NCBI GenBank assembly: GCA_963728405.1
Contig: CAVSJV010000017.1
Location: 192,001 to 256,000 of the forward strand
DNA: 64,000 nt
Reading direction: 5' to 3'
Source of the DNA: Methanomassiliicoccaceae archaeon
GTDB taxonomy: Archaea > Thermoplasmatota > Thermoplasmata > Methanomassiliicoccales > Methanomassiliicoccaceae
This document shows, one piece after another, positions 30,861 to 40,967 of the stretch. A program made the translations under genes and the position numbers. How positions within the stretch are numbered: the stretch's first letter is position 1; every line of letters begins with the position of its first letter. A model generated the notes under the pieces. The model was given only the letters and a program-made list of their open reading frames with translations, was not told the origin of the DNA and did no database searches.

Positions 30861-32759
30861 TCAGCGGGAACGCTGATCGAAGAAGTTCAGGACATCATTC
30901 ACCACGAACTCCGAACTGACCACATCCAGGCGGTCGGAGAACTGCGTGGCCCTGCGGTCCAGGATCACCGCCGCACCCACGTCGGTCTCCATCCTGATGA
31001 GGCGGCCAATGGCCTGCAGCAACTTCCTGGTGACCGGCGCCTTGACCGTGTATTCCCAGCCCCGGCCGAACTTGACCTCGTAGTAATGGAGCAGCGCCCT
31101 TTGCTTGGCCGTGGGCTTTGGGTAGGGGATGCCAGCGATGATAGCCGCCTCCAGTTCCCGGTCGGGGAAATCGATTCCCTCGCTTATCCGGCCGCCCATG
31201 ACCGCGAACAGCACCGCTCCCTCCTCGGCGGAGCCCTTGAACATCTCCACCGTCTCCATGAGCTCGTTCTGGGGCATGCCCCGACGCTCGATGTGGACCT
31301 TCCGGCGGATGCGGTGAAGTATGCCGTCGTGTAGGAAGCGGTCCATCAGTGCGTAGGAGGGGAAGAAGACCACGGTATTGCGGTCCAGGACGTTGCACAA
31401 CGATACGGCGTATTCCTCCATCCGGATGACGATGTCCTCGTCCTTGACGATGTCCTCGTAGCGCGTTGTCACATCCTCGAGATAGAACACCTTTCTATTC
31501 TCTGCAGGGAAGGGGGAAGGGAAGGTCATCATCGCCGAGCCCTTGGGAAGGCCGATGGAATCACGGTACTCGTTCAACGGCTGCAGCGTCCCTGACATGT
31601 GGACCGAGGCATGGGAGTCCAGGACCGCCCGGCAGGCCAGGGAGGGGTCCATGCAGTATGCTTCGAACGCCGGGTTCTCTCCCCCGACCACTAGTTTGAC
31701 GTAGCACTCCTCGTCCAGGTCCAGCCAGAAGAGCAGGAAGCCGCCCAGGGAGTGGATGTACGACCGCGGCAGGCGGCCCTGCCCCTTCTTCGCCTCCCTT
31801 ATGCTCTCTCCGTAGGCCATCATGGACTTGGCGGCATTGGCCAACCCGGTGGAGGTGGTGGTGAAGGCGGCCATGAGCCCTTCCTCGAGGAACGGGGGAG
31901 GGATGAGGCCATCGTCCTCAATAAGGAACTCATCCAAAGCTTCCCGCAATCGATTCCGGGCCGCTTCCACGAAATCGAGCACGCTGACGCCGTTCATCAC
32001 CTCGGGATCGCCATGCTCCTCGACCTCCTTCTTGACCAGGTCGAGCAGCCGTTCTGACAGCGAGACCGAACGGGTCTCCCGCGCGTACTCCGGAAGGTTG
32101 TGGGCCTCGTCCACCACGACTACCGCATCGGAGATGGGGATGTTCATCCAGTCCAGGAGGTTATTGCGGATGAAGGGCATGAAGAAGTAGGCGTAGGGGG
32201 CGGTGGCCACCGTGGCCTGGGGAAGGAGGTCCTTGGTAAGCTCGTGGGGGCACAACCCTTTCTCATCGCAAAAGGCCACGAACTCCTCGACCGTAGGCAG
32301 GTTCTCGTGGCAGTAGTGCTCGATGTCCTTGAAATCAGTGGCCAGAACGGCCTCGTAGAAGCGACATCCTCCCGGCTTGTTCTCCCGGGAGCGGGCCTTC
32401 CGCTCGGCGCACAGTTTGGACAGCTCTTCCGGCGAACCGGAACGCAGCTCCGGGTCCCTCAGGATCAGGGGGCAGGTGCTCTGCCTTCCCTGCAGGCCGA
32501 CCCCGAACACCGGCCTTAAGTTGTTGATCTTCCTCAGCTCGAGCATGACCTGGCGCTGCTGGGAGTTTGTTCTAGTGAGGTAAATGACCTTCTTGCCCTG
32601 CTCCAGGGCCACCTGCAGTGCTCCGGTAAGGGCACAAACGGTCTTCCCCGTCCCGGTGCCCGATTCCACCGCCAGATGGGTCTGTGACCTCACGATGGTC
32701 GATATGACGTTCACCAGTTCGGTCTGATGAGGGCGAGGGGAATAGGGAAAAAGGTCCAT
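30861..32759 (-). CDS. XPD/Rad3/DinG family Fe-S helicase
   Basis: SGTGTGKT, Fe-S cysteines, [30 protein letters not shown]. Confidence 0.92.
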   Translation of the reverse strand: MDLFPYSPRPHQTELVNVISTIVRSQTHLAVESGTGTGKTVCALTGALQVALEQGKKVIYLTRTNSQQRQVMLELRKINNLRPVFGVGLQGRQSTCPLILRDPELRSGSPEELSKLCAERKARSRENKPGGCRFYEAVLATDFKDIEHYCHENLPTVEEFVAFCDEKGLCPHELTKDLLPQATVATAPYAYFFMPFIRNNLLDWMNIPISDAVVVVDEAHNLPEYARETRSVSLSERLLDLVKKEVEEHGDPEVMNGVSVLDFVEAARNRLREALDEFLIEDDGLIPPPFLEEGLMAAFTTTSTGLANAAKSMMAYGESIREAKKGQGRLPRSYIHSLGGFLLFWLDLDEECYVKLVVGGENPAFEAYCMDPSLACRAVLDSHASVHMSGTLQPLNEYRDSIGLPKGSAMMTFPSPFPAENRKVFYLEDVTTRYEDIVKDEDIVIRMEEYAVSLCNVLDRNTVVFFPSYALMDRFLHDGILHRIRRKVHIERRGMPQNELMETVEMFKGSAEEGAVLFAVMGGRISEGIDFPDRELEAAIIAGIPYPKPTAKQRALLHYYEVKFGRGWEYTVKAPVTRKLLQAIGRLIRMETDVGAAVILDRRATQFSDRLDVVSSEFVVNDVLNFFDQRSR

Positions 32760-32841
32760 CCGGCCAACTCAGGCCCTGGTTATAGATGATGGTTTCGGTG
32801 GGTATAGTGAAAAACAATATGAAGAGGGGGCGCTGCCCCGT

Positions 32842-33255
32842 TCACGCTTCCTTGCCACGCTGCCAGGCATCCTCGCCCAGTTCATCGTATACGGAGACGC
32901 TTCCCGAGGCGCCATCGGCTAATGCCTCTTTACCGTCAATGAGTTCGTGAATGCGCTCCTTGCGGAATAGCCAGTAATGGATCCTCCATTCACGACCGTC
33001 ATACAAGGTGGTCTCCTCCCTCTCGGTGGTAAGTATCCCGGTGTCCTCGAGCATGTAGAATGCATCCCTGTCCTCAGGCTCAAGAATATTGTCGATTATC
33101 CTCTCGCTGTAACCGAAGAAGTTGAGGATGTGCTGCGCCATTTCCTTGGCCTGCTCATCGGGCATTCCTTCCTTGTCGATGCCGTTCCGGATGGCAGTGG
33201 TCAACTCTTCCAATGTCAATGTGTTGTCTCTTCCGGCCTTCTCTTTCGTATTCAT
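32842..33255 (-). CDS. Conserved Thermoplasmata protein (DUF6015-like)
   Basis: LNFFGY..RIIDNILEPEDRD.FYMLED.GIL...EE..L.DGR.WRIHYW. Confidence 0.75.
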   Translation of the reverse strand: MNTKEKAGRDNTLTLEELTTAIRNGIDKEGMPDEQAKEMAQHILNFFGYSERIIDNILEPEDRDAFYMLEDTGILTTEREETTLYDGREWRIHYWLFRKERIHELIDGKEALADGASGSVSVYDELGEDAWQRGKEA

Positions 33256-33463
33256 GATTTTCCCCTCTGACTACCATCTGGCTTACGCCAGTACTCTAAG
33301 ACGTTTTACTATTGAGAGCTTCTTATATAAGCATTTATAGAGATAATTTTCGTTTTATAGAAATCACTAGAATCTTTCATCTAGCTCCTCCTACAGAAGT
33401 ATATGTTTCTCACCAAGCCCTATATGAACCGGGAAGTCCCAATTATCAATTGAGGTAACGTGA

Positions 33464-33751
33464 ATGATCGCTGAGTTCAGCGTGGTTCCGATCGGGGCAG
33501 GAGAGTCCGTGAGCCCCTATGTGGCCGAATGCTTGAAGATCGTAAGGGATAGCGGACTGAAGTACGAGTTCACTGCCCTTGCCACCATAGTGGAGGGCGA
33601 CTATGATCAGGTCCTGGGAACGATAGGGCTGTGCCACAAGAAGGTCCGCTCCATGACCGACCGGGTCATGACCACCATACGAATCGATGATCGGAAGGGA
33701 GCAGTGAACGAGATCGAGCGTAAGGTTAAAAGCGTGGAAGAAAAAATGTAA
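33464..33751 (+). CDS. MTH1187 family thiamine-binding protein
   Basis: AEFSVVPIG..SVS.YVA, T.VEG, RV.T.IRIDDR. Confidence 0.9.
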   Translation: MIAEFSVVPIGAGESVSPYVAECLKIVRDSGLKYEFTALATIVEGDYDQVLGTIGLCHKKVRSMTDRVMTTIRIDDRKGAVNEIERKVKSVEEKM

Positions 33752-33793
33752 AATTTAAAGGAAGAGGCATAGCCTCTTGTTATTGCTAGACGC

Positions 33794-35404
33794 TCAGATC
33801 TGCAGGTAATCCCGGTTGCCGAACTTGCTCAGTTCGACCGAGCGGACCTCTTGGAAACCTTTGACCGCCGCCATCTCCTTGACAACGGCCTCGCTGACCG
33901 GGTTATCCACGGAAACGAGCATGAGGGCCTTTCCACCCTTCTGGTCCCGACCCAGGCCCATCCGGGCGATGTTAATGCCCTTGCTGCCCAGCATGGTCCC
34001 GATGCGTCCGATTATGCCTGGCATGTCGGCATGCACGGACAACAGGAAATCGCCTTCCAGGGGCAGGTCCAGGTCATACTCATCGATGCCCAGAAGCCTC
34101 GGCTCAGAGCCGGGGAAGGCCGTACCGCGGACCTCTCTCTTGACCCCGTCCGATTGCAAGGACACCGAGATCATGTTAACATAGCGCTTGGATTCCTCGA
34201 CCTTGACCTCGACGATCTGGATGCCCTTTTCCTTAGCGATCAGCTCGGCGTTGATGATGTTCGGCTGCTCGCCCGAAAGGTTCGACAGTACGCCCATGAG
34301 GGCAGATACTGTCAGCATCTTGGTGTCCACCGTCGCCAGGTCCCCGTAGACGGTCACCTGGACCTTGGCCACCGGGGCGTCGGTCAGTTGTACCGCGAAC
34401 GCACCGAGGAGCTCGGCGACGGATATGAACGGTACCACCTTGGGGTCCATGCCCCTCACGGGGGCATTGACCGCGTTGGAGATACGCTTATCGAGCAGGA
34501 ACATCTTGACATGCTCGGCCATCTCCACCGATACCTTTTCCTGCGCTTCCTTGGTCGAGGCGCCCAGGTGAGGCGTCACTACGATATTGTCAAGGGTCAG
34601 GAGCTTGGAACCGGTAGGCGGCTCCTTCTCAAAGACGTCCAGCGCCGCGCCGGCAATCGTCTTGTTCTTCAATGCCTCGTAGAGCGCCTCCTCATCGATC
34701 AGCTCGCCCCGGGCAACGTTCAGTATGATGGCGTTGGGCTTCATCTTGGCGATGAGCTCCTTGCTGATCAGGTGATGAGTGCTGGGTGTGAGGGCGGCAT
34801 GGATGGTGATGACGTCAGCTTCTTCGATGACCTGCTCCAGCGGCATGAGGCGGACGCCCAACTTCACCGCGACCTCGGGCGATATGTAGGGATCGTAACC
34901 GACCAGCTTCATCTGGAAGGACTTGGCGCGCCTGGCCACTTCGCCGCCCACCCGGCCGATACCCACTATGCCCAGGGTCTTGCCGTACAGTTCGAAACCG
35001 GTGAACTTGGACCGCTTCCATTCGCCTTTCTTGAGGGATGCGTCGGCCCATACGACATTGCGGGCAAGGGACATCATCATAGCCATGGTGTGCTCGGCGG
35101 CGGAGATGATGTTGGCGGAGGGCGTGTTCATGACCAGGATGCCCCGGCGGGTAGCGGCCTTGACATCGACATTGTCCACACCGACGCCGGCCCGGCCGAC
35201 GACCTTGAGATTCTTCCCGGCCTCGATCACCTCGGCGGTGACCTTGGTGCCCGATCTTATGATCAGCGCATCATAGTCCCCGATGATCTTCATCAGCTCC
35301 TCGTGGGGGATGTTGGGCCGGATGTCCACTTGGACCTGACCGCCCCCCCTCAGCATCTTCAGGCCCTCTTCCGAGAGCTCGTCGGTAACCAGCAGTTTGA
35401 TCAT
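33794..35404 (-). CDS. serA: D-3-phosphoglycerate dehydrogenase with ASB and ACT domains
   Basis: GRAGVGVDNVD, GIGRVG, NVARGELIDE, TPHLGAST.EAQ, D.PGIIGRIG..LG...INIA. Confidence 0.95.
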   Translation of the reverse strand: MIKLLVTDELSEEGLKMLRGGGQVQVDIRPNIPHEELMKIIGDYDALIIRSGTKVTAEVIEAGKNLKVVGRAGVGVDNVDVKAATRRGILVMNTPSANIISAAEHTMAMMMSLARNVVWADASLKKGEWKRSKFTGFELYGKTLGIVGIGRVGGEVARRAKSFQMKLVGYDPYISPEVAVKLGVRLMPLEQVIEEADVITIHAALTPSTHHLISKELIAKMKPNAIILNVARGELIDEEALYEALKNKTIAGAALDVFEKEPPTGSKLLTLDNIVVTPHLGASTKEAQEKVSVEMAEHVKMFLLDKRISNAVNAPVRGMDPKVVPFISVAELLGAFAVQLTDAPVAKVQVTVYGDLATVDTKMLTVSALMGVLSNLSGEQPNIINAELIAKEKGIQIVEVKVEESKRYVNMISVSLQSDGVKREVRGTAFPGSEPRLLGIDEYDLDLPLEGDFLLSVHADMPGIIGRIGTMLGSKGINIARMGLGRDQKGGKALMLVSVDNPVSEAVVKEMAAVKGFQEVRSVELSKFGNRDYLQI

Positions 35405-36471
35405 TTCATCGTCTCCAGGACCTCGTCCATGTTCCTCAACAGGCCGCGGACCTCCTCGACCGTCAGGTCGCCCATGTGGCCCACCCGGAAGGTCGCGTCC
35501 TTGATGTCCCCGTAGCCGTTGGAGATCTCATAGCCGCGCTCCTTGAGGCCCTTGTTGAGCATGCTAAAGTCAATGTCGCCCCGGTTTATCACTGTGATGG
35601 TATCGGAGAGATAGCCCGGCTCGGCAAACACCCCATGGCGCTTCCGGGCCCAGGACCGCACCAGCTCGGCCATCTCCTGGTGGCGGCGGTATCGGGCGGC
35701 CATGCCTTCCTTAAGGATCCTTTCCAGTTGGAAGTCGAGGGCGTACATCAGGGACACCGGGGGGGTGGTGAGAGAGTAGTTCTTGTCGGCCATCTTCTTC
35801 ATCTGGATCAGGTCAAAGTAGTAGCCCTTGTTCGGCACGGTCTTGGCCTTCTCCAGCAGACGGTCGGAGCAGCAGATGATCGCTATCCCCGGGGGGAGCG
35901 CCAAAGCCTTCTGCGTGCCGAATATCAGGGCGTCCAGGTCCAGCTCCTTGATCTTGAGGTCCGAACCATAGATGGCGGTGACGCCGTCCACGAACATCAA
36001 TGGGTCGTGGTCCTTGCGGACCGCTCTGACCAGGTCCTTCACCGGGTTCAGCACGCCAGTGGAACTTTCGTTCGCGACCACGGCCACAGCCTCGATGTCA
36101 TCGGTCAGCTGGCCCTCCAGATCCGCCGGCTTTACCGCCTTGCCCCAGGCCCCGTTGAGCTTCTTGACCTCCTTGCCGTTCTCGGTACCGATGCCCTGCC
36201 AGCGGTCTCCGAATGAGCCGTTGGAGATGCCCAGCATCTTGCTCTTGACACCATTCCGTACGCACGCCTCGAGAAGTCCAGAGGCGGAGGCCGGGGACAT
36301 CATGATGTGCATGTCGGTGTCCAGGGTCTTGTGGAGCTTCTCCACAATGCGTTCCTGGAGCTGCTCGTACTCTTTGCTCCGATGAGTGATCATCGGCCTG
36401 GTCATGGAATCGAGGACCTCTTTGCGGACCTCGACCGGACCTACGGTGAACAGTGTGTGATTCACAGACAT
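35401..36471 (-). CDS. Class V aminotransferase, probable phosphoserine aminotransferase
   Basis: LFTVGPVEV, HRS, NESSTGV, VDGVT, GTQKALALPPG, FRVGHMG; overlaps serA start (ATGA). Confidence 0.88.
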   Translation of the reverse strand: MSVNHTLFTVGPVEVRKEVLDSMTRPMITHRSKEYEQLQERIVEKLHKTLDTDMHIMMSPASASGLLEACVRNGVKSKMLGISNGSFGDRWQGIGTENGKEVKKLNGAWGKAVKPADLEGQLTDDIEAVAVVANESSTGVLNPVKDLVRAVRKDHDPLMFVDGVTAIYGSDLKIKELDLDALIFGTQKALALPPGIAIICCSDRLLEKAKTVPNKGYYFDLIQMKKMADKNYSLTTPPVSLMYALDFQLERILKEGMAARYRRHQEMAELVRSWARKRHGVFAEPGYLSDTITVINRGDIDFSMLNKGLKERGYEISNGYGDIKDATFRVGHMGDLTVEEVRGLLRNMDEVLETMK

Positions 36472-36525
36472 CCCCCGAAAATCTCCCGGCGCTTCAGGCG
36501 CGAACAGGGCAGACAGGGGACATCC
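36466..36525 (-). promoter_or_regulatory. Hairpin sequestering the aminotransferase start codon
   Basis: GGAUGUCCCCUG (36525-36514) pairs 12/12, four G-U, with CGGGGGAUGUCU (36477-36466); inner GCGC-CUGAA-GCGC holds the uORF stop. Confidence 0.6.
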
Positions 36526-36673
36526 GATAACGTCCTCCACATCCGCATCCCGATCCGCATCCGTCGGCGGCGCTCGTCATGTCCAGCATGCGCTCTGCCC
36601 TTGATAATGCCAGATAAGGAAAATCCTGTATTGAGGGCATGACAGCATGTGGCATGTTGATTTCCGGTATCAT
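36494..36673 (-). CDS. Putative Gly/Cys/Ser-rich leader peptide (59 aa; alternative start 36655)
   Basis: Hand translation MIPEINMPHAVMPSIQDFPYLALSRAERMLDMTSAADGCGSGCGCGGRYRMSPVCPVRA*; TATA-like TTTATATT at 36690-36683. Confidence 0.55.
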   Translation of the reverse strand: MIPEINMPHAVMPSIQDFPYLALSRAERMLDMTSAADGCGSGCGCGGRYRMSPVCPVRA

Positions 36674-36692
36674 GAAGATATGAATATAAACT

Positions 36693-36721
36693 TTCCTATG
36701 CCATGCTGGCAGGCATAGGAA
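36693..36721. terminator. 10-bp inverted repeat, possible terminator of the CMD gene or operator
   Basis: TTCCTATGCC-n9-GGCATAGGAA, about 15 nt after the CMD stop and adjacent to the next TATA box. Confidence 0.45.
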
Positions 36722-36736
36722 TGGCGATAGAAAAGG

Positions 36737-37148
36737 TCACCTGATGGGCTGGGCCACTTTTGATGCTTGCTTTCCCATGTACTCGCCGATGCGGGCGACC
36801 TCCTCCTTGAACTTCTCCAGGTCGTAGTTCTGAGCGTGGATCATGGCGCTCCAACGCGAAGTGTAGCTGGCCAGGAACACCAGTTCAGAAAGCTCTTCCT
36901 CCGTGGCGCCTTGACCTTTGGCCATGGTAAGGTGCATCAGTTGACAATATGGGCATTTAATATTGGCCGCGATGGCCAGCCCTATCATCTCACGATATTT
37001 CGGAGGGATCGCCGATTCTCCGAACTGGTACTTCTTCATCAGCTCCCAGTCGTTCACCAGGACAGTCCTCAGGCAGCGCCTTGTAGAAGTCCGGGACGAA
37101 CCCAAAGGTCTTCTTTATGTCCTCCAATGTGTCTTCGTAGCTTCCCAT
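36737..37148 (-). CDS. Carboxymuconolactone decarboxylase/AhpD-like protein, one frameshift near 37063
   Basis: MGSYEDTLEDIKKTFGFVPDF...; IPPKYREMIGLAIAANIKCPYCQLMH (CxxC..H). Confidence 0.85.
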
Positions 37149-37195
37149 AAGGGCACCAGGACCTTACGTCTCCGCTGACGGCTAATATAGTTTCC

Positions 37196-37546
37196 TTATT
37201 TGGTCCCTTTCCGGACCGGAGCCTTGCTGGCCTTGCCCTTCACCAGCTTCTTGTCCCGCTCCTGCGCTTCCTTCAGCGATTCCAGCTGTACTATCTCGAT
37301 CTCGAAGATGTCGGCGCAGGGCAGCTCGGCGATGGTGTCGTCCAGGATCTCCTCGTTCTCCACGCTCATCACGAACGCCGCGGAACGCTGCCCGCTGAAG
37401 AAACCCCCGCTCAACATACCATCCTTCTCCATCCCCAGCAGCATATCGATACTGGGAAGGATCTTCATTTCAACGATCTCCCTGTTCTGCTCTTCGGTCT
37501 CGCCCACTCCGCCCTCGCTGAGCTTCATCAATACCAGGAATTCCAT
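37196..37546 (-). CDS. Muconolactone isomerase-like/DUF3303-like small protein, paralog 2
   Basis: MEFLVLMK...GGFFSGQRSAAFVM...LD..IAELP...FEIEIVQL. Confidence 0.65.
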   Translation of the reverse strand: MEFLVLMKLSEGGVGETEEQNREIVEMKILPSIDMLLGMEKDGMLSGGFFSGQRSAAFVMSVENEEILDDTIAELPCADIFEIEIVQLESLKEAQERDKKLVKGKASKAPVRKGTK

Positions 37547-37594
37547 GTTCTCACCGGACCACTTATGATTGTACTTGACGTCATCTTTTTCCCG

Positions 37595-37936
37595 TTATAG
37601 GCCTGCTGCGGACCTCATCTCGTTGACGATCCGGCGATCTCTCTCCAGGGCCGATGATATCCTTTGGACGGGGGCGACATCGACATCATACACATCCATC
37701 ATCGGCAGGCCGGCCAGTATCTTGTCCAGTTCCAGATTGTCCTCGGCCTCGAATATGAACGTCCCGGACCTCTGCCCCTCGAAAAAACCGCCCATTACCT
37801 TGTGGTCGCCCTCCATCTCCATCAATCTTTCCAATGACGGCATTAGCTGGTCGGTCAGCAGGAATGCGGCCTCCTCCGACGAACCACCATAGGATTCCTC
37901 CCTCAGCTTGAAGATCACGACGTACTGCTCGGCCAT
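37595..37936 (-). CDS. Muconolactone isomerase-like/DUF3303-like small protein, paralog 1
   Basis: YVVIFKL...GGFFEGQRSGTFIFEA....LD.ILAGLPM...DVDVAPV. Confidence 0.65.
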   Translation of the reverse strand: MAEQYVVIFKLREESYGGSSEEAAFLLTDQLMPSLERLMEMEGDHKVMGGFFEGQRSGTFIFEAEDNLELDKILAGLPMMDVYDVDVAPVQRISSALERDRRIVNEMRSAAGL

Positions 37937-37957
37937 ATCACAAGTTTGGCGCCGGGG

Positions 37958-40558
37958 CTATTTAGTTGTTCTATTCTTGATGGCCTTCAGTGCCTCCAAC
38001 CAGAAGGAGCCGACGATGGCCAGTCCGAGCGCCAAGGCCCAGTTCCCTGCGCTCAGAGCGGTGGTCTTTACCGCACCATAGAGGGGCGGCACCGTGGTCA
38101 CCGCTATCGCGAACAGGCCAGCGGCTAGAGCCCAGACCACCATGGTGCGGTTGGAGAGCGGACCGATCTCGAATAGCGAGCGGTCCTGGGAGCGCATGTT
38201 CAGAGCGAGGAGCGCATGACCGACCAGCCAGGTCACGAAAGCCATGGTCTGCGACGGGGCCAGATCATGGGTGCTGTTCCATGTCAAAAGATAGGCCGCC
38301 GTGACGGCAAAGATCAGGCCGAGGGAGCTGACGAAGATGCTCAGGACCATCGAATGATCCATGAACGATGCCTTGGGGTCGCGGGGCGGCCGTGACATAA
38401 GTGCGCCGTTCGACCGCTCGGCCACAAAGGCCGCCGCCGCCCCTAGGTCCATGAACAGCTCCAATAGAATTATTTGAACGGGCGTGAAGGGGATCGGCAG
38501 GAACGCAAGCACCGCTATCAGAGTGATGGCGATGAGGGCCACCTTACATGCCAAATAGTAACGTACCCCCTTTGTCAGGTTGTCGAACAGGACCCTTCCT
38601 TCCCTGACCGCCCGGGCGATGGTAGCGAAGTTGTTGTCCGCTAGGACCATGTCGGCCGACTCCCTGGCCACATCCGTGCCACCCTCCCCCATAGCGATCC
38701 CGATGTCCGCTGATGCCAGCGCCGGTGCATCGTTGATGCCATCCCCCGTTACCGCGATCCGTTCACCGTTCGCTCTAAGCGCCTTGACGATGCGCAGCTT
38801 GTGTTCCGGAGTCACTCGGGCATAAACCCTCTCCTCCCGGACGGCTTTTTGGAGTTCGGCATCGCTCTTACTGTCCAGGTCCACACCGGTAAGGACGTGG
38901 CCATCATTCTGCAGACCCACCTTTGCGGCTATGGAGACCGCGGTGAGGGGGTGGTCCCCGGTCAGCATTATGACCCTTATGCCCGCGGCCGAACAGGTTT
39001 CGATAGCGTTCTTGGCCTCGGGGCGGGGAGGATCGGCCAGGCCGATGAACCCTACGAACATCAGATCGGATTCGGCGCCCTCGATATCGATCCCATCGGT
39101 GCCCTCCTTCTCCGCCACGGCCAATACTCTCAATCCGCGGGAGGCCATGGCTGCCGCCTGCTCCAGGATATTGCCTCGTTCACCGCTACCCAGTGGTGCG
39201 GATGAACTGCCCTCGCCCATAGCGATGCATCGGGAGAGTATGCTCTCCGGCGAGCCCTTGGCCGCAACCCGATGTTTGCCGTCGGAATCATAGACGACCG
39301 ACATTCGTTTGCGGATGTTATCGAAGGTATGCTCGGTGATCAAGGGGTTCCTATCTCTTATCGCCGATACGTCGGTTCCGTCCCTTAGGGCCTCTTCTAC
39401 CAATGCGATATCCAGCGGGTCCCCTTCTACTTCACCCTTGGATAAGCGGGCGTCGTTGGCCAGGATCGCCAGGTGAAGTATCCGTTCCCTATGCTCAGCA
39501 GGAAATAATTCCTGGATCTGCATTCGATTGGTGGTGAGCGTACCGGTCTTGTCCGTACATATGACCGTGACCGCCCCCAGGGTCTCCACCGCCTGCAGCC
39601 TTTTGACCACCGCATTCTCCTTCGAAAGACGATAACCGCCAATGGCCAGGACCATAGTGATTATTATCGGCAGCTCCTCAGGAATGGTGGCGAAGGCCAG
39701 TGAGAGGGCGGTGAGCAGCATCTGCTGAGGGTCCTGGCCGTTCAGCAACCATCCCAGCAACGGGACCAGGACCGAGAACCCGATGGCGAGCAGCACCATC
39801 CACTTGGTCAGATCGTTCATGGTCCGCTGCAGTACGGTCTTAGGCGGATGTTCCTTGCGAGCCAGACCGGCAATCCGGCCGAGCTCGGTGCCCATTCCGA
39901 TGGCAGTGACCACCGCCGTGCCCCGCCCCCTGGTGACCACGGTCCCTGCGAATACTATGTCGGTCCGTTCGGCCAGGGCAACCCTGGCGGGGACCGGGGC
40001 AATGGCCTTCTCCTGAGCGGCCGACTCTCCAGTCATTGCGGCCTCTTCGACCGACAGGCCATAGGATTCCAGCAGCCGCGCATCAGCGGGTACTCGGCGG
40101 CCCGACTCCAGAACAATGATGTCCCCGGGCACTACTTCCTCGACCTTGATCTCGATGTCCTTTCCATCCCGACGCACCGTGGCGGTCGGTTCCGACAGAC
40201 TGTTCAGGGCCTCGATGGTCCTTTCCGCCCTGATCTCGTTGTAAATCTCCACGAATACCAGGGCGATGATCACCGCAAAGATGGTCAGGGAGTCCTCGAG
40301 CTTGCCCCAGAATGAATATAGAACGCCGATGGCGAACAACAGCAAGATCATCGGTTCAGTGAGCTCATGGGCCGCCTCCGACCACCAGGGCAGCTCCCTC
40401 CGTTCGGACAACCGATTCTTTCCGAACCTCTCGGAACGGACCTTGGCCTCTTCGGTAGAGAGGCCATCCGCATTTGAACCCAGTCTGGCGAGGACGGCCG
40501 CTCCGTCCATGGACTGCCAGGCCTCCCTCTCGGCCATGTTCCCGGACGGCACGATCAC
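37958..40558 (-). CDS. P-type cation-transporting ATPase (type II, Ca2+-like)
   Basis: TGES, IPEELP, DKTGTLT, KGSPE, DPPR, TGDH, GDGINDAPAL. Confidence 0.93.
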   Translation of the reverse strand: MIVPSGNMAEREAWQSMDGAAVLARLGSNADGLSTEEAKVRSERFGKNRLSERRELPWWSEAAHELTEPMILLLFAIGVLYSFWGKLEDSLTIFAVIIALVFVEIYNEIRAERTIEALNSLSEPTATVRRDGKDIEIKVEEVVPGDIIVLESGRRVPADARLLESYGLSVEEAAMTGESAAQEKAIAPVPARVALAERTDIVFAGTVVTRGRGTAVVTAIGMGTELGRIAGLARKEHPPKTVLQRTMNDLTKWMVLLAIGFSVLVPLLGWLLNGQDPQQMLLTALSLAFATIPEELPIIITMVLAIGGYRLSKENAVVKRLQAVETLGAVTVICTDKTGTLTTNRMQIQELFPAEHRERILHLAILANDARLSKGEVEGDPLDIALVEEALRDGTDVSAIRDRNPLITEHTFDNIRKRMSVVYDSDGKHRVAAKGSPESILSRCIAMGEGSSSAPLGSGERGNILEQAAAMASRGLRVLAVAEKEGTDGIDIEGAESDLMFVGFIGLADPPRPEAKNAIETCSAAGIRVIMLTGDHPLTAVSIAAKVGLQNDGHVLTGVDLDSKSDAELQKAVREERVYARVTPEHKLRIVKALRANGERIAVTGDGINDAPALASADIGIAMGEGGTDVARESADMVLADNNFATIARAVREGRVLFDNLTKGVRYYLACKVALIAITLIAVLAFLPIPFTPVQIILLELFMDLGAAAAFVAERSNGALMSRPPRDPKASFMDHSMVLSIFVSSLGLIFAVTAAYLLTWNSTHDLAPSQTMAFVTWLVGHALLALNMRSQDRSLFEIGPLSNRTMVVWALAAGLFAIAVTTVPPLYGAVKTTALSAGNWALALGLAIVGSFWLEALKAIKNRTTK

Positions 40559-40967
40559 TCACTTCCTCCTCAGGACCAATTATGGGTGCCGGGCTCATTA
40601 AAAATAGCTATACGAGATCATTGAAAAGAGCCGAAAGGGGAGTGGAGTCAATCTGGAGGATTGAAGTGCGAGCATGCCACCAAACCCCGTTCCGGGTTAA
40701 GACCAAAAATCCATTCAACAGTAATAAGTCTACCGCAATGAACTATCGTTATTATTGATGTCTGGTGAGGTCCAGTCATCGATAGCTGACCTTATCGAAC
40801 GATGAGCGCCCGTCCAAAATTCGCTCCGCTCCAAGAAGGGGGGTCGAAATCGGGGAGGGGGCGCTCTTCGATCGATATGGGGAAGACACCAGTGGGAGCG
40901 GGTCCCGCCAGCGATATTTCCTCAGGAGCACTCTTTTTCTATCCGCCCCATTGTCGCCTACAACGTC

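Noticed and set aside
33851-35515. 554-aa plus-strand ORF and many similar long overlapping ORFs (e.g. 53018-53944, 17265-18101)
   Set aside because: Antisense shadows of well-supported genes, expected at high GC3; no motifs.
36472-36540. Track N-terminal extension of the aminotransferase (MEDVIGCPL...)
   Set aside because: Family similarity begins at MSVNHTLFTVGP (36471); the extension overlaps the leader ORF and hairpin.
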